From: Aquificaceae bacterium
Lineage (GTDB): Bacteria; Aquificota; Aquificia; Aquificales; Aquificaceae
Direction of reading: 5' to 3'
Assembly (NCBI GenBank): GCA_037924335.1
Contig: JAXSMZ010000003.1
Span: 32,102 to 96,101, forward strand
Length of the DNA stretch: 64,000 bases
How positions within the stretch are numbered: the first letter of the stretch is position 1; the number at the start of each line of letters is the position of its first letter. Shown piece by piece: positions 18,996-28,630 of this stretch. A program made the position numbers and the translations under genes. The notes under the pieces were generated by a model. That model saw only the letters and a program-made list of their open reading frames with translations. It made no database searches and had not been told where the DNA came from.

Positions 18996-19605
18996 GACCT
19001 TTTGGCTCTGATACAAAAAAGTCTGGTTTTGTACCGTTTGCATCAGAATAGCCCCATTCTGCCAGAGTTGTCCATACACCAGCCTCTTTTCCAGCAACTA
19101 TGTCTGCATCCGTATCCCCTACCATCATAGCATCTTTTGGATGTAGACCAAAGTATTCCAAAACCTTTAGGATGGGCAGAGGAGATGGCTTCTTCTCTTG
19201 AAAAGTATCACCCCCTACTAAAAGGTCTATATGTTTGTGAAGCTCTAACCTTCTTAGTATCTCCTTAGACAGGCTTTCCGATTTGTTTGTTACCACAGTT
19301 ATTCTTTTGCCATTTGTTTTTATAAATTCCAGAAGCTCCTCTATCCCTTCGTAAGGCTCTGTATAAATAACTGGTTCTTTCATATAATACTTCCTAAAGA
19401 GCTCTAAGGCTATTTCTACCTGATGCTCTGGAAAAAGGTTCTCTATGAGTTTTCTTGCTCCGCTACCTATCATTCCCTTTATTCTCTTATGGTCTATCTG
19501 TTTTCTTCCAAGGTCCTTCAAAACTCTGTTTAAATGAAAAGCTATGTCTATATGGGAATCTATCAGAGTTCCATCCAGGTCAAAGATCAAAAGCTTCAAA
19601 CGCAC
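18964..19605 (-). CDS. gph: HAD phosphatase (phosphoglycolate phosphatase-like)
   Basis: FDLDGTLIDS, VTNK, KPSP, MVGDT..D. Confidence 0.85.
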   Translation of the reverse strand: MRLKLLIFDLDGTLIDSHIDIAFHLNRVLKDLGRKQIDHKRIKGMIGSGARKLIENLFPEHQVEIALELFRKYYMKEPVIYTEPYEGIEELLEFIKTNGKRITVVTNKSESLSKEILRRLELHKHIDLLVGGDTFQEKKPSPLPILKVLEYFGLHPKDAMMVGDTDADIVAGKEAGVWTTLAEWGYSDANGTKPDFFVSEPKGLISLLEKALS

Positions 19606-20081
19606 TGCCTTTCTCTCAGATAATCTTGGACCTTCTTCTTTTTGTACTCTTCATCTTTGACATAGTCAACTATGCAGGCTAAAGCTTTAGGTTCTACATA
19701 ACCTGGTATGCTCAGAACTATGTTACCCTTTCTGTTATAAAAGAGCAAATACGGAAAGGAATTGACCCTTAGCATTTTTGCGAGCTCTTCTTCGCTTTTT
19801 ACTCCTTCTTTCCCCTCAAGCTTATACTTAACCTTTGAGTTGCTCTCGTAGAGAATCCTGTAAATGTTCATACTTTGAAGGGCTACTTTGAGATTTTCAT
19901 CGCTTTTGAGGTCCTTGTCCAGTTGCTTGCAGTATATACAGCTTTCACTCTCCACTATGAGGAGGTTGTGCTCACCTTTTGGCGTTATATCTTTCATCTG
20001 GGATGAGGGGCTGTTGTTTTGAGCTTTGTTACATGCAAAAAGGAAGACCATTGAAAGGATAAAGAATACTTTCCACTTCAT
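19596..20081 (-). CDS. Thioredoxin-fold lipoprotein (SoxW-like)
   Basis: Lipobox LFAC, CIYC, cis-Pro loop, IPGY. Confidence 0.75.
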   Translation of the reverse strand: MKWKVFFILSMVFLFACNKAQNNSPSSQMKDITPKGEHNLLIVESESCIYCKQLDKDLKSDENLKVALQSMNIYRILYESNSKVKYKLEGKEGVKSEEELAKMLRVNSFPYLLFYNRKGNIVLSIPGYVEPKALACIVDYVKDEEYKKKKVQDYLRERQCV

Positions 20082-20119
20082 AGTTCTATAATTTTATGCA
20101 ACTAGGCTTTTAGTTCAAG

Positions 20120-20494
20120 ATGGTTGGTATAGATATAATAAAGAATGAGAGAATAAAAAGGGCTATAGAACGATTCGGAGACAAATTCCTGAACCGTGTG
20201 TACACACCAAGAGAGCTATCTTACTGTATGTCCCAAAAATCCTTTTACCAGTGCCTTTCTGCCAGATGGGCTTGTAAGGAGGCAGTACTGAAAGCCTTTT
20301 ACCAAAGGTTTGGCATAGTTTTAAAGTTTTCTGATATAGAGGTCGTAGGGAACAGAGGAAAGCCAGCAAAGGTTAGTATTCTCAGAGATGACCTTTCACA
20401 CCTTCTTGTAAATGTTACAATTATAGTTTCCCTCTCTCATGAGATGGACTACTCTGTTGCCATAGCCCTTATAAATGACCTCCAGGGTGTTTAA
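20120..20494 (+). CDS. acpS: Holo-ACP synthase
   Basis: VGIDI, RWACKEAVLKA, SLSHE. Confidence 0.95.
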   Translation: MVGIDIIKNERIKRAIERFGDKFLNRVYTPRELSYCMSQKSFYQCLSARWACKEAVLKAFYQRFGIVLKFSDIEVVGNRGKPAKVSILRDDLSHLLVNVTIIVSLSHEMDYSVAIALINDLQGV

Positions 20495-20632
20495 AATACA
20501 GCCAGACATCTGCCTCCCTCTCAGGCATTCCTACCAACCGTGAACTTTTGGTTTATAACTATGGATAAGCGCAGTAGCAAAGCCATGAATGCTATCCATC
20601 TCTTTAAAACCGGCCTGTTTTTTTTACACCCC

Positions 20633-20660
20633 TTGACAAAATTTTTTTATATTATATACT
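20633..20660 (+). promoter_or_regulatory. Sigma70-type promoter
   Basis: TTGACA-16 nt-TATACT. Confidence 0.65.
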
Positions 20661-20666
20661 ATATTA

Positions 20667-20749
20667 TGTAGGTTATAAACGTGGGAGTGACAAACTCCCT
20701 CCCCCTCCCTCCCCTAATTGTTTGCCCTACCGCCCGGTAGGGCTTTTCT
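20667..20749 (+). ncRNA. Candidate C-rich small RNA (or terminated leader of sfsA)
   Basis: Promoter upstream, hairpin GGGAGT/ACTCCC, (CTCCCTCCCC)x2, terminator hairpin plus T-run; 5' end estimated. Confidence 0.6.
20724..20749 (+). terminator. Intrinsic terminator
   Basis: GCCCTACC-GCCC-GGTAGGGC-TTTTCT. Confidence 0.8.
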
Positions 20750-20753
20750 AAAA

Positions 20754-21389
20754 ATGAGATTTCCCAAGCTCATAGAGGCTGAGTTTTTAAGCAGGATAAA
20801 CCGCTTTGTGTGCCTTGTAAAAATAGATAAGAAGACCTTTTACGCGTATGTAAGAAACACGGGTAGATTAACGGAGCTTCTTTGCAGAGGCAAGAGGGTC
20901 TATCTGAGAAAGAAGGAGAGTGGTAAGTATCCTTATGAGGTTTTGCTTGTCTTGCATGAAAACACGCTTGTATGTGTAGATTCTCAGTTAGCCACAAAGG
21001 TATACGTAGAGAGCCTTAGTGGGAAGGTAACCTATGAGCCCAGAATTCTCAACAGAAGGTTAGACTTACTTCTAGACAACACCCTTATAGAAGTAAAATC
21101 TGTAAACCTTGTGAAGGAAGGCATTGCTCTTTTCCCAGATGCACCTACAGAGAGGGGAAGGAAACACATAGAACTTCTTATGAAAGTTTATCCTGAGTTT
21201 GTACCTAAGGTTATTTTTGTCGTTATGAGGGAAGATGCCAAAGTCTTCTCTCCCAACTGGGATACAGACCCTTCTTTTTCCAAAATGCTGAAAAACTTCT
21301 TTGATGCTGGTCATGAGGTAAGGGCTTACGTGTGCCAGGTTAGTTTAGAAGATATTAAATTAAAGGGAGAAATACCCATCAAACTCTGA
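20754..21389 (+). CDS. sfsA: SfsA family DNA/RNA nuclease
   Basis: R.NRF, NTGRLTEL, RLDLLL, IEVKSV, FPDAPTERGRKH. Confidence 0.93.
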   Translation: MRFPKLIEAEFLSRINRFVCLVKIDKKTFYAYVRNTGRLTELLCRGKRVYLRKKESGKYPYEVLLVLHENTLVCVDSQLATKVYVESLSGKVTYEPRILNRRLDLLLDNTLIEVKSVNLVKEGIALFPDAPTERGRKHIELLMKVYPEFVPKVIFVVMREDAKVFSPNWDTDPSFSKMLKNFFDAGHEVRAYVCQVSLEDIKLKGEIPIKL

Positions 21390-21402
21390 TGGAGGTGAAG
21401 CT

Positions 21403-21990
21403 ATGAGATTGAAACTTACTGCGAAGGATGCTCTGATAGTGGTTGATATGCAAAACGACTTTATGCCGTGGGGTGCACTTCCAGTTCCAGACGGAGATAA
21501 GGTAGTACCCAGATTGAACAGATACATAGAAACATTCTCTTCCAAAGGTCTTCCTGTGTATTTTACAAGAGACTGGCATCCAAAGGAACACATATCCTTT
21601 GAAGGTTATGGTGGTGTATGGCCTCCCCACTGTGTACAAGATACAGAAGGAGCCAAATTTCACAAAGATTTAATAATACCTGTGGATAACAAGTTCATCA
21701 TCTCTAAGGGTACAAGTAGAGATTTTGACGCTTACTCTGGCTTTCAGGGAACTCTCCTGAATGAACTTTTAAAAGAAAGGGCAGTAAGGCGTGTTTTTGT
21801 TGGTGGAGTTGCTACAGACTATTGCGTTAAGAATACGGTTTTGGGAGCCCTTAACCTTGGATACTCCTCCTTTATCCTGCTTGATGGTATAAAGGGGGTT
21901 GATGTACATTCTGGGGATTCAGACAGAGCCATAGAGGAGATGATGTCAATGGGTGCTGTTTGTATAGGCTTTGAAGACTTGACTTTATAA
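21403..21990 (+). CDS. pncA: Nicotinamidase/pyrazinamidase
   Basis: VDMQNDF, DWHP..H.SF, WPPHCVQ, YSGF, ATDYCV. Confidence 0.95.
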   Translation: MRLKLTAKDALIVVDMQNDFMPWGALPVPDGDKVVPRLNRYIETFSSKGLPVYFTRDWHPKEHISFEGYGGVWPPHCVQDTEGAKFHKDLIIPVDNKFIISKGTSRDFDAYSGFQGTLLNELLKERAVRRVFVGGVATDYCVKNTVLGALNLGYSSFILLDGIKGVDVHSGDSDRAIEEMMSMGAVCIGFEDLTL

Positions 21991-22040
21991 GCGTAGCTTT
22001 TTATCTTTATTCTTATAAAAACTTAAAAGGAGGTAGGAGC

Positions 22041-22472
22041 ATGAGAAGAGGACTTTCACTTTGGAGCCCAATAGCAGAGCTTGAAAGGATAAGAAGGGAG
22101 TTTGATAGGTTAATATCGGAGATCTGGCCAGCGGAGGAGGTAGAGAGAGCCTTTTCACCAGCCGTTGAGGTGTACGAAACAGATAAGGAGGTTGTTGTCA
22201 AGGCTGAGCTTCCAGGTGTAAGGAAGGAAGATATTAAAGTTAGCATTAAGGACAACATGCTTTATCTGAAGGGTGAAAAGAAGGAAGAGAGAGAAGAAAA
22301 GACAGAGACCGTACATAGAGTAGAGAGGGTTTATGGAAAATTTGAAAGAGTGATAACTTTACCCTCAGACGTGAAGATGGAAGATATTAAAGCAGAATAC
22401 AAGGACGGTGTTTTGGATATAAGACTACCAAAAACGCAAGTGGCAAAGGAGAAAGAGATAGAGGTCAAATAA
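22041..22472 (+). CDS. Hsp20 small heat-shock protein
   Basis: AELPGV, ER.YG.F.R...LP, A.YKDGVL.I..PK. Confidence 0.95.
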   Translation: MRRGLSLWSPIAELERIRREFDRLISEIWPAEEVERAFSPAVEVYETDKEVVVKAELPGVRKEDIKVSIKDNMLYLKGEKKEEREEKTETVHRVERVYGKFERVITLPSDVKMEDIKAEYKDGVLDIRLPKTQVAKEKEIEVK

Positions 22473-23757
22473 GGCTATGTAGTGGGCGCTTTTCTATATG
22501 CGCCCCTAACTTCCTTAGCTTTTCATCCATCCTTTCGTATCCTCTTTCCAGATGGTGTATATCCCTTACAATAGTCGTTCCCTCTGCCACAAGCCCAGCG
22601 AGAACCAAGCTCGCAGAAGCTCTCAGGTCAGTGGAAAAAACTTCAGCACCAGTTAATCTTTCCGTCTTTCTTACTATTGCGGTTCTTCCATTTATGTGTA
22701 TGCTTGCTCCCATCCTCTGAAGTTCTGCCACATGCTGAAACCTATTTTCAAATATGTTTTCTGTGACCTCTGAAGTGCCATCCGCTATACAACACATAGC
22801 AATAAACTGAGCTTGCATGTCTGTAGGAAATCCGGGATATTCAGAAGTTTGTATAGTTAAAGGTCTTATTCTCTCATCCTTGGAGTATATCCTTATTCTA
22901 TCCTTATCTTTTACCTCTATGCTTGCTCCAGCTTCGTAGAGCTTTTCCAGCACACTGCCCAGATGTTGAGGGTAGGCTCCCAGAAGCTCTACATCCCCCC
23001 CTGTCATAAAACTTGCGACGAGAAAAGTGCCCGCCTCTATCCTGTCTGGTATAACTCTGTGTCTAAAGCCCCTCAGTTGGGACATCCCCCTTATTACCGC
23101 AACCCTACCCTCTATTTCTATTTCAACACCCATTTTCCTGAGAGCCTCCACAAGGTCTATTACCTCCGGTTCAAGGGCTATGTTCCTTAGAATGCTTCTC
23201 TTTTCGCATCTGCTCAGAAACATGATGGCGTTCTCCGTTCCAGTTACTGTGATAACATCAAAAGTGTGTTCCACTGGCTTTATTTTTTTTAGTTCTAAGT
23301 GTATGTATCCATGCTCAACTCTTATGCTAGCCCCACCCTTTTCAAAGACCCTCAGGTGCTGGTCTATGCTCCTTACACCTATGGAACATCCTCCAGGCAT
23401 AGAAACAGTAGCTTTACCAAACCTTGAAAGGAGAGGGCCCATGGCAAGCACAGACGCCCTCATCCTCCTAACGATATAGTCTGGAGCCACATAGTTGCTT
23501 AGGTTTGAAGCATCAACCCTTAAGACTTTATCCTTGTATTCAAACTCAGCTCCTAAAATCTTTAGGAGTTCTAACGTGTTTTCTACATCAAGGAGCCTTG
23601 GAACGTTCTCAATATAGCAAACTTCATCCGTCATAAGCACAGACATCATCAGAGGAAGGGATGCGTTCTTTGAACCAGAGACCTCAACCTGCCCCTTTAG
23701 CCTTCTTCCTCCTTCTATTACTAAGCTCTCAGAAGAATATGATGTTATGTTTTTCAT
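22465..23757 (-). CDS. murA: UDP-N-acetylglucosamine 1-carboxyvinyltransferase
   Basis: SGSKNA, MRAS, PGGCSIG, PDRIEAGT, YPGFPTDMQ, DLRA. Confidence 0.97.
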   Translation of the reverse strand: MKNITSYSSESLVIEGGRRLKGQVEVSGSKNASLPLMMSVLMTDEVCYIENVPRLLDVENTLELLKILGAEFEYKDKVLRVDASNLSNYVAPDYIVRRMRASVLAMGPLLSRFGKATVSMPGGCSIGVRSIDQHLRVFEKGGASIRVEHGYIHLELKKIKPVEHTFDVITVTGTENAIMFLSRCEKRSILRNIALEPEVIDLVEALRKMGVEIEIEGRVAVIRGMSQLRGFRHRVIPDRIEAGTFLVASFMTGGDVELLGAYPQHLGSVLEKLYEAGASIEVKDKDRIRIYSKDERIRPLTIQTSEYPGFPTDMQAQFIAMCCIADGTSEVTENIFENRFQHVAELQRMGASIHINGRTAIVRKTERLTGAEVFSTDLRASASLVLAGLVAEGTTIVRDIHHLERGYERMDEKLRKLGAHIEKRPLHSLI

Positions 23758-23902
23758 CCTTCCTTATTATAATCTTTACCACTTCCCACTTTTTAGAGTA
23801 GTATATGAGAACACCATCATCCTCTTCTAAGTAAACTGGTTCCTCTTCTGAGTATACAACGGTTATTCTATCCTCCCCATCCAACACCTTTGGATAAGTC
23901 AT
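23729..23902 (-). CDS. Small DUF2283-like protein (57 aa)
   Basis: Below ORF-track cutoff: MTYPKVLDGEDRITVVYSEEEPVYLEEDDGVLIYYSKKWEVVKIIIRKDEKHNIIFF; ATGA overlap with upstream gene, fills the gap to murA. Confidence 0.65.
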   Translation of the reverse strand: MTYPKVLDGEDRITVVYSEEEPVYLEEDDGVLIYYSKKWEVVKIIIRKDEKHNIIFF

Positions 23903-24198
23903 ATCCTGACCACTACACAGGTGAGTGCTTCCTTCACACCTTCCAACGAGTGTATCTTATTTATAACTAATCTACCAAGCTCATCTTGATTTCTAAGTTC
24001 AGAAAAAACTATAATATCGTATGGACCAGTTACTACATCTGCTGTTTTTACACCATCAAAAGTTGAAAGAGCAAGCATGATGGACGGTATCTCTCTCGGG
24101 TCTGCTTTTATTAGAATGTAGGCTTTTATGGAATACTCGGATTCAAGCTCCATCAGCTCTGTTATAGACATGGGATAACCCTCTGAACGCGTTTCCAT
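23899..24198 (-). CDS. Stand-alone Lrp/AsnC ligand-binding (RAM) domain protein
   Basis: KAYILI, VTGPYDII, I..LEGV....T; AGGAGG RBS. Confidence 0.85.
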   Translation of the reverse strand: METRSEGYPMSITELMELESEYSIKAYILIKADPREIPSIMLALSTFDGVKTADVVTGPYDIIVFSELRNQDELGRLVINKIHSLEGVKEALTCVVVRI

Positions 24199-25372
24199 AC
24201 TCTACCTCCTTGACGAATATTTTATACAATCTTTCTGCCATAGATGGTTGCTTCCTTATCTCCTCAACAACGGAGTGTATGAGCCTTCTTACCGCCGGTT
24301 CCTTAGCCTCTAAGTCCTTCCACTCTTCCTTTATTCTTATTATGTAATCCTCCACGCTCAGGAGATGAAGCCATCTTATGAACTTTTCCACCTCGTCCCA
24401 AAGGATTATCTCCCCCTTTTCTTTTTCCTTTAACCTTTCCATAAGGTTTTTCTCCGCTATGCTTTTTAGGTCATCTATGTTATAAAGGAAAACCTCATCA
24501 AGCTCATCTATAGAAGGGTCTGCATTTCTTGGCACAGATATATCTATGATGAACATAGGGTTATATTTCCTGACCTTCATAGCCCTTTTTACTTCGTCTC
24601 TCTTTAGTATAAAATCCTTCGAACTTGTTGAAAGGATCACTATATCGAATTCGCTTATATATTCAGAGATGCCTTCAAACCTAAGAGCATGCCCATCAAG
24701 CCTTTGCGCAAGTTCTACAGCCCTTTCGTAAGTTCTGTTTGTTATGAATATCTGAGCCTGAAACTTTTTCATGTACGTGGATGCAAGCTCTGCCATCTCA
24801 CCAGCACCAACAAGAAGTACCCTTGCCTTTTTCAGGTCTCCGAATATCTTCCTTGCAAGTTCAACGGCAACATAGCTTATGGAAACAGCGTTCTTGCTTA
24901 TACTCGTCTCCGTTCTTATCCTCTTTGCTGTTCTTAGAGCTTTCTCGTAGAGCCTGTTGAAGATCTTTCCCGTAGTTCCCACTTCTTTTGCTATTCTAAA
25001 GGCCTCTTTGAACTGTGATGTTATCTGAGTTTCCCCAACAACCATAGAATCAAGGCTTGAAGCAACGCTAAATATGTGAAGCAACGCCTCCCTTCCCTTC
25101 AAAAGGAAGGAGTGCTTCCACAGATCCATACTTACCCTTTTTATAGATAAAAAATCGTTTACGAGTTGACGCATAGAATCGTACCCATCCGTTCTTGAAT
25201 AGATCTCAACCCTGTTACAGGTGGAAAGGATAACAAGCTCCTTTATATCCCTTGTTGTTTTTAATGCTGGAAGCAGGTATTCTATCTCCTCCCTACTGCA
25301 TGCAACCCCTTCCCTAAACTCTATGGGTGCAGTCTTAAAGCTAAGACCCCATGCAAATATGCTCTCCATCAC
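24143..25372 (-). CDS. hemA: Glutamyl-tRNA reductase
   Basis: STCNRVE, SLDSMVVGETQI, GAGEM, DISVPR. Confidence 0.96.
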   Translation of the reverse strand: MMESIFAWGLSFKTAPIEFREGVACSREEIEYLLPALKTTRDIKELVILSTCNRVEIYSRTDGYDSMRQLVNDFLSIKRVSMDLWKHSFLLKGREALLHIFSVASSLDSMVVGETQITSQFKEAFRIAKEVGTTGKIFNRLYEKALRTAKRIRTETSISKNAVSISYVAVELARKIFGDLKKARVLLVGAGEMAELASTYMKKFQAQIFITNRTYERAVELAQRLDGHALRFEGISEYISEFDIVILSTSSKDFILKRDEVKRAMKVRKYNPMFIIDISVPRNADPSIDELDEVFLYNIDDLKSIAEKNLMERLKEKEKGEIILWDEVEKFIRWLHLLSVEDYIIRIKEEWKDLEAKEPAVRRLIHSVVEEIRKQPSMAERLYKIFVKEVEYGNAFRGLSHVYNRADGA

Positions 25373-25388
25373 ATAATAATATAATGCT

Positions 25389-26486
25389 ATGAGAAGGTTT
25401 TTTGAGAGCGTAAAGGATAAACTTTGGAGAGACTATAGCTGGCAGATTAAACATAGAATAAAAATAAGGGAAGAGCTTGAAAAGTACATAAAGCTTCTTC
25501 CAGAAGAGGTAGAGGGGATAGAGAGAACTAAAGGGCTATACCCAATGGCCATAACTCCTTACTACCTTTCTCTGGTGAACCCCGAAGACCCAAGAGACCC
25601 CATAAGACTTCAGGCTATTCCAAGGTACGAAGAAGTAGATAAAGAAATTCAAGAACTTGGAGACCCGGACCCCTTTAAGGAAGAGGGAGAAGTACCTGGG
25701 CTAACCCACAGGTATCCAGACAGGGCGATGATCACAGTTACAACCTTTTGTGCTGTCTACTGTAGACACTGTATGAGGAAAAGGATATTTTCCCATGGAG
25801 AAAGGTCAAGGACTAAGGAAGAACTATCAGTTATGGTAGATTACATAAAAAGGCATGATGAAATAAAGGATGTGCTCATATCAGGTGGTGAACCACTTTC
25901 TTTAAGCTACGAGAAGTTGGAGTTTCTTCTTTCTGAGCTGAGGAAAATAAAGCATTTGGAAATAATAAGGTTTGGAACGAGGTTGCCAGTCCTTACACCG
26001 CAGAGATTCTTTGACAACAAGCTCTTGGATATACTTGAAAAACATTCTCCAATATGGATAAACACCCATTTTAACCATCCAAAGGAGATAACTGAAGAAT
26101 CTCAGGAGGCCGTTGAGAATCTTCTGAGAAGGGGCATACCAATTAACAACCAGACAGTACTTCTTAAGGGTGTAAACGACGAGCCTCAAACTATGCTTGA
26201 ACTTTTCAGAAGCTTGCTCAGGATAAAGGTAAAGCCTCAGTATCTCTTCCATTGCGACCCAATAAAGGGAGCCATACACTTCAGAACGAGTATAGAAAGG
26301 GGGATAGAGATAATGAGATATCTGATAGGGAGACTTTCCGGGATGGGCATACCCATATACGCAGTTGACTTACCTGGTGGAAAGGGAAAGGTACCCATAA
26401 TGCCCAACTATATACTCAAAAGGGATGGGAACAGATATACATTCTTAAGCCCATTGGGAGGTACCGTAGATTATGAAGTTGTTTGA
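25389..26486 (+). CDS. KamA-family lysine 2,3-aminomutase (likely EpmB role)
   Basis: HRYPDR, CAVYCRHCMR, HFNHP, NQTVLLKGVND, PGGKGK; epmA in same window. Confidence 0.9.
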   Translation: MRRFFESVKDKLWRDYSWQIKHRIKIREELEKYIKLLPEEVEGIERTKGLYPMAITPYYLSLVNPEDPRDPIRLQAIPRYEEVDKEIQELGDPDPFKEEGEVPGLTHRYPDRAMITVTTFCAVYCRHCMRKRIFSHGERSRTKEELSVMVDYIKRHDEIKDVLISGGEPLSLSYEKLEFLLSELRKIKHLEIIRFGTRLPVLTPQRFFDNKLLDILEKHSPIWINTHFNHPKEITEESQEAVENLLRRGIPINNQTVLLKGVNDEPQTMLELFRSLLRIKVKPQYLFHCDPIKGAIHFRTSIERGIEIMRYLIGRLSGMGIPIYAVDLPGGKGKVPIMPNYILKRDGNRYTFLSPLGGTVDYEVV

Positions 26487-27267
26487 TAGTATAAAACTTG
26501 GGTTTAAAGCCCTTTACCTTTCTGTGTACGAAGGCTATACCTACCACGCTGCTTCGCTTACTTATAACTTTCTTATGGTTCTTGGCTCCTTGGCTCTCTT
26601 TTTCAACTTCATAGCTTCCTTCTTACCCTTTTTTGATTTTGATAGGCTTGCAGGCTACTTTTCTCGCTCCTTCCCCGAGCAGGCAGGAGGCATGATCCTT
26701 AAGATATTTGAGATATACGAACATAGAGTGTCTGGCTCCATAATATCTGTTCTGATAGCCTACTTTTTTTCCGTTGGATTTTCTAAATCAATACACAGGG
26801 CCTTCTTGTACGTACTCTCCCAAGCTTACAGAGAGAAGGAATACACTTTTTGGATAAAGACACCCCTGCTTATAGTTGCTTATACTTTTGTCCTCTCCTT
26901 CATCTTTCTGCTTATGTCTGTTATAAAGTATTACTTGATAGGCTTTTTTAGCTATGTGTTCTATGTTGTAAACTTCCTATCTCTCTGGCTCGTTATTTTC
27001 CTTGTGTACTATCTTTTTCTTCCTCTTGGGTTTAATGTACTTTATCTTTCCCAAGGTGCTTTTTTTGTATCTATAAGCTTCTTTTTCCTCAACAAGATAT
27101 TCACTTTGTTTGTAGTTAAAATAATACTCCTGAATCCTCTGTATGGTTTGATGGGTTCTGTTCTGCTCTTTTTGATATGGTTAAACCTATCCTTCACTGT
27201 TCTCCTTGCCGGAGTCAAGTACGTACAGCTAATCGAAAAGGAAGAAAAGAATAACTGCGTTTACTAA
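26473..27267 (+). CDS. YihY/BrkB-family membrane protein
   Basis: AASLTY, LYG..G.....LIW; about six hydrophobic segments. Confidence 0.8.
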   Translation: MKLFDSIKLGFKALYLSVYEGYTYHAASLTYNFLMVLGSLALFFNFIASFLPFFDFDRLAGYFSRSFPEQAGGMILKIFEIYEHRVSGSIISVLIAYFFSVGFSKSIHRAFLYVLSQAYREKEYTFWIKTPLLIVAYTFVLSFIFLLMSVIKYYLIGFFSYVFYVVNFLSLWLVIFLVYYLFLPLGFNVLYLSQGAFFVSISFFFLNKIFTLFVVKIILLNPLYGLMGSVLLFLIWLNLSFTVLLAGVKYVQLIEKEEKNNCVY

Positions 27268-27660
27268 GCCAGAGACTGCATCATCTGCCACAACGCCATG
27301 TCCCTTTGGCAGTCTCTCAAAAAGCTTTATGGGATAAGGTTTTACAATATCAAGAACACGGAAAGTTATAAAACCAACGAGGATTGTCTTTATGGTTGGT
27401 TCCACAAACATGTAAGAGAGGAAGTATCCGAGAACTTCATCTATAACTACCTCTTCTGGATCCCTTTCTTTTGTCATATCTATCATATAGTTAGAAGACC
27501 AAAGGGCCAAAAGGTAAAGGAATATTCCAAGGGTAAACACCACCCACCATTTGAAAGCAAAGAGGTAAACTAATGGTATACCCAAAAGAGTTCCAAAGCT
27601 GCCTGGTGCGTACTTCATTCTTCCAACGTAAAAACCAGTTGCTATAAGTTCTTCAAGCAT
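27229..27660 (-). CDS. pgpA: Phosphatidylglycerophosphatase A
   Basis: APGSFGT, DPEEVVIDE, FR.LDI.KP.PI, DD. Confidence 0.93.
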   Translation of the reverse strand: MLEELIATGFYVGRMKYAPGSFGTLLGIPLVYLFAFKWWVVFTLGIFLYLLALWSSNYMIDMTKERDPEEVVIDEVLGYFLSYMFVEPTIKTILVGFITFRVLDIVKPYPIKLFERLPKGHGVVADDAVSGLVNAVILFFLFD

Positions 27661-27686
27661 GTTAGAATATTATACGGAGGTTTTGG

Positions 27687-28127
27687 ATGGATATACAGCA
27701 GGCTCTTTATCCAAACTACACCCTTTTTATACAGGCAGGTCTGTTTCTCCTCTTTATGTTTCTTGTAAACTATATTTTTGTCAAGCCATACTCAAAGGTC
27801 ATAGAAGAAAGGGAGAGAATAACGGAAAAAAATTACGAAGAAGCCAAAGCTCTAAGGGAAGAAGCTTCTAAGCTTCTTTCGGAAGCATCAAAGATACTTG
27901 AGGAAGGAAAAAGGGAATCAAACGCTGTATTGGAGAAAGCAAGGAAGGAAGCGGAGAAAATGAAGGAAGAAATAATAGCGCGTGCGGAAGGAGAAGCACA
28001 GGAAGAGATCACAAGGGCTGTTAATGAGCTTAGAAGGACGCTGGAGGAGGAGAAGAAGAAGCTAAAGGATAGGATAGAGGATGTGGCAAGGCTCATAAGG
28101 GACAAGCTCTTGGAGGAAGCGGCATGA
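27687..28127 (+). CDS. atpF: ATP synthase F0 subunit b'
   Basis: One N-terminal TM helix then charged coiled coil. Confidence 0.88.
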   Translation: MDIQQALYPNYTLFIQAGLFLLFMFLVNYIFVKPYSKVIEERERITEKNYEEAKALREEASKLLSEASKILEEGKRESNAVLEKARKEAEKMKEEIIARAEGEAQEEITRAVNELRRTLEEEKKKLKDRIEDVARLIRDKLLEEAA

Positions 28128-28630
28128 CAGAAGGAGGACACCACACCATAGAGCTCTTATGGAAAGGTTTTAACATACTGCTTTTATTGGGTATAGTTTA
28201 CTTTTTTGCACGTAGGCCCGTATCCGAGGCTTTTGGTAAGTACTTTATAGGTTTAACGGAAAGGTTAAACCATTCTGAGAAGGAGCTTGAATCCGCCAAA
28301 CAGGACCTCAATAAGGCAAAATTTGAGTATGAGGATGCTCAAAGAAGGTACAAAGAACAGATAAGATTGGCTGAGGAAACAGCCGACTACATCAAGGAGG
28401 AAGAGATAAAAAAGGCTCAGGACATGGCAGATAGGATAAAAGAAAAAGCTAAAGAGGTGATAGAGATAGAAACAAAGAAAGCAAAAGAAGAATTGGTACG
28501 CTATGGTATGGAGGAGGCAAAGTATGTGTCTGCAAGAATGCTTGAAGAGGCCTTTAAGGACCCTCAAATTCAAAGAAGGTACATAGAAAAGTCTATAAGA
28601 AAAATGGAGGAAGCATGCAAAAGAACGTAG
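28124..28630 (+). CDS. atpF: ATP synthase F0 subunit b
   Basis: WK..N....G...F TM helix plus coiled coil. Confidence 0.88.
   Translation: MTEGGHHTIELLWKGFNILLLLGIVYFFARRPVSEAFGKYFIGLTERLNHSEKELESAKQDLNKAKFEYEDAQRRYKEQIRLAEETADYIKEEEIKKAQDMADRIKEKAKEVIEIETKKAKEELVRYGMEEAKYVSARMLEEAFKDPQIQRRYIEKSIRKMEEACKRT

Noticed and set aside
21975..22040. CIRCE or HAIR operator before hsp20
   Set aside because: Neither consensus is present; only weak AT-rich symmetry
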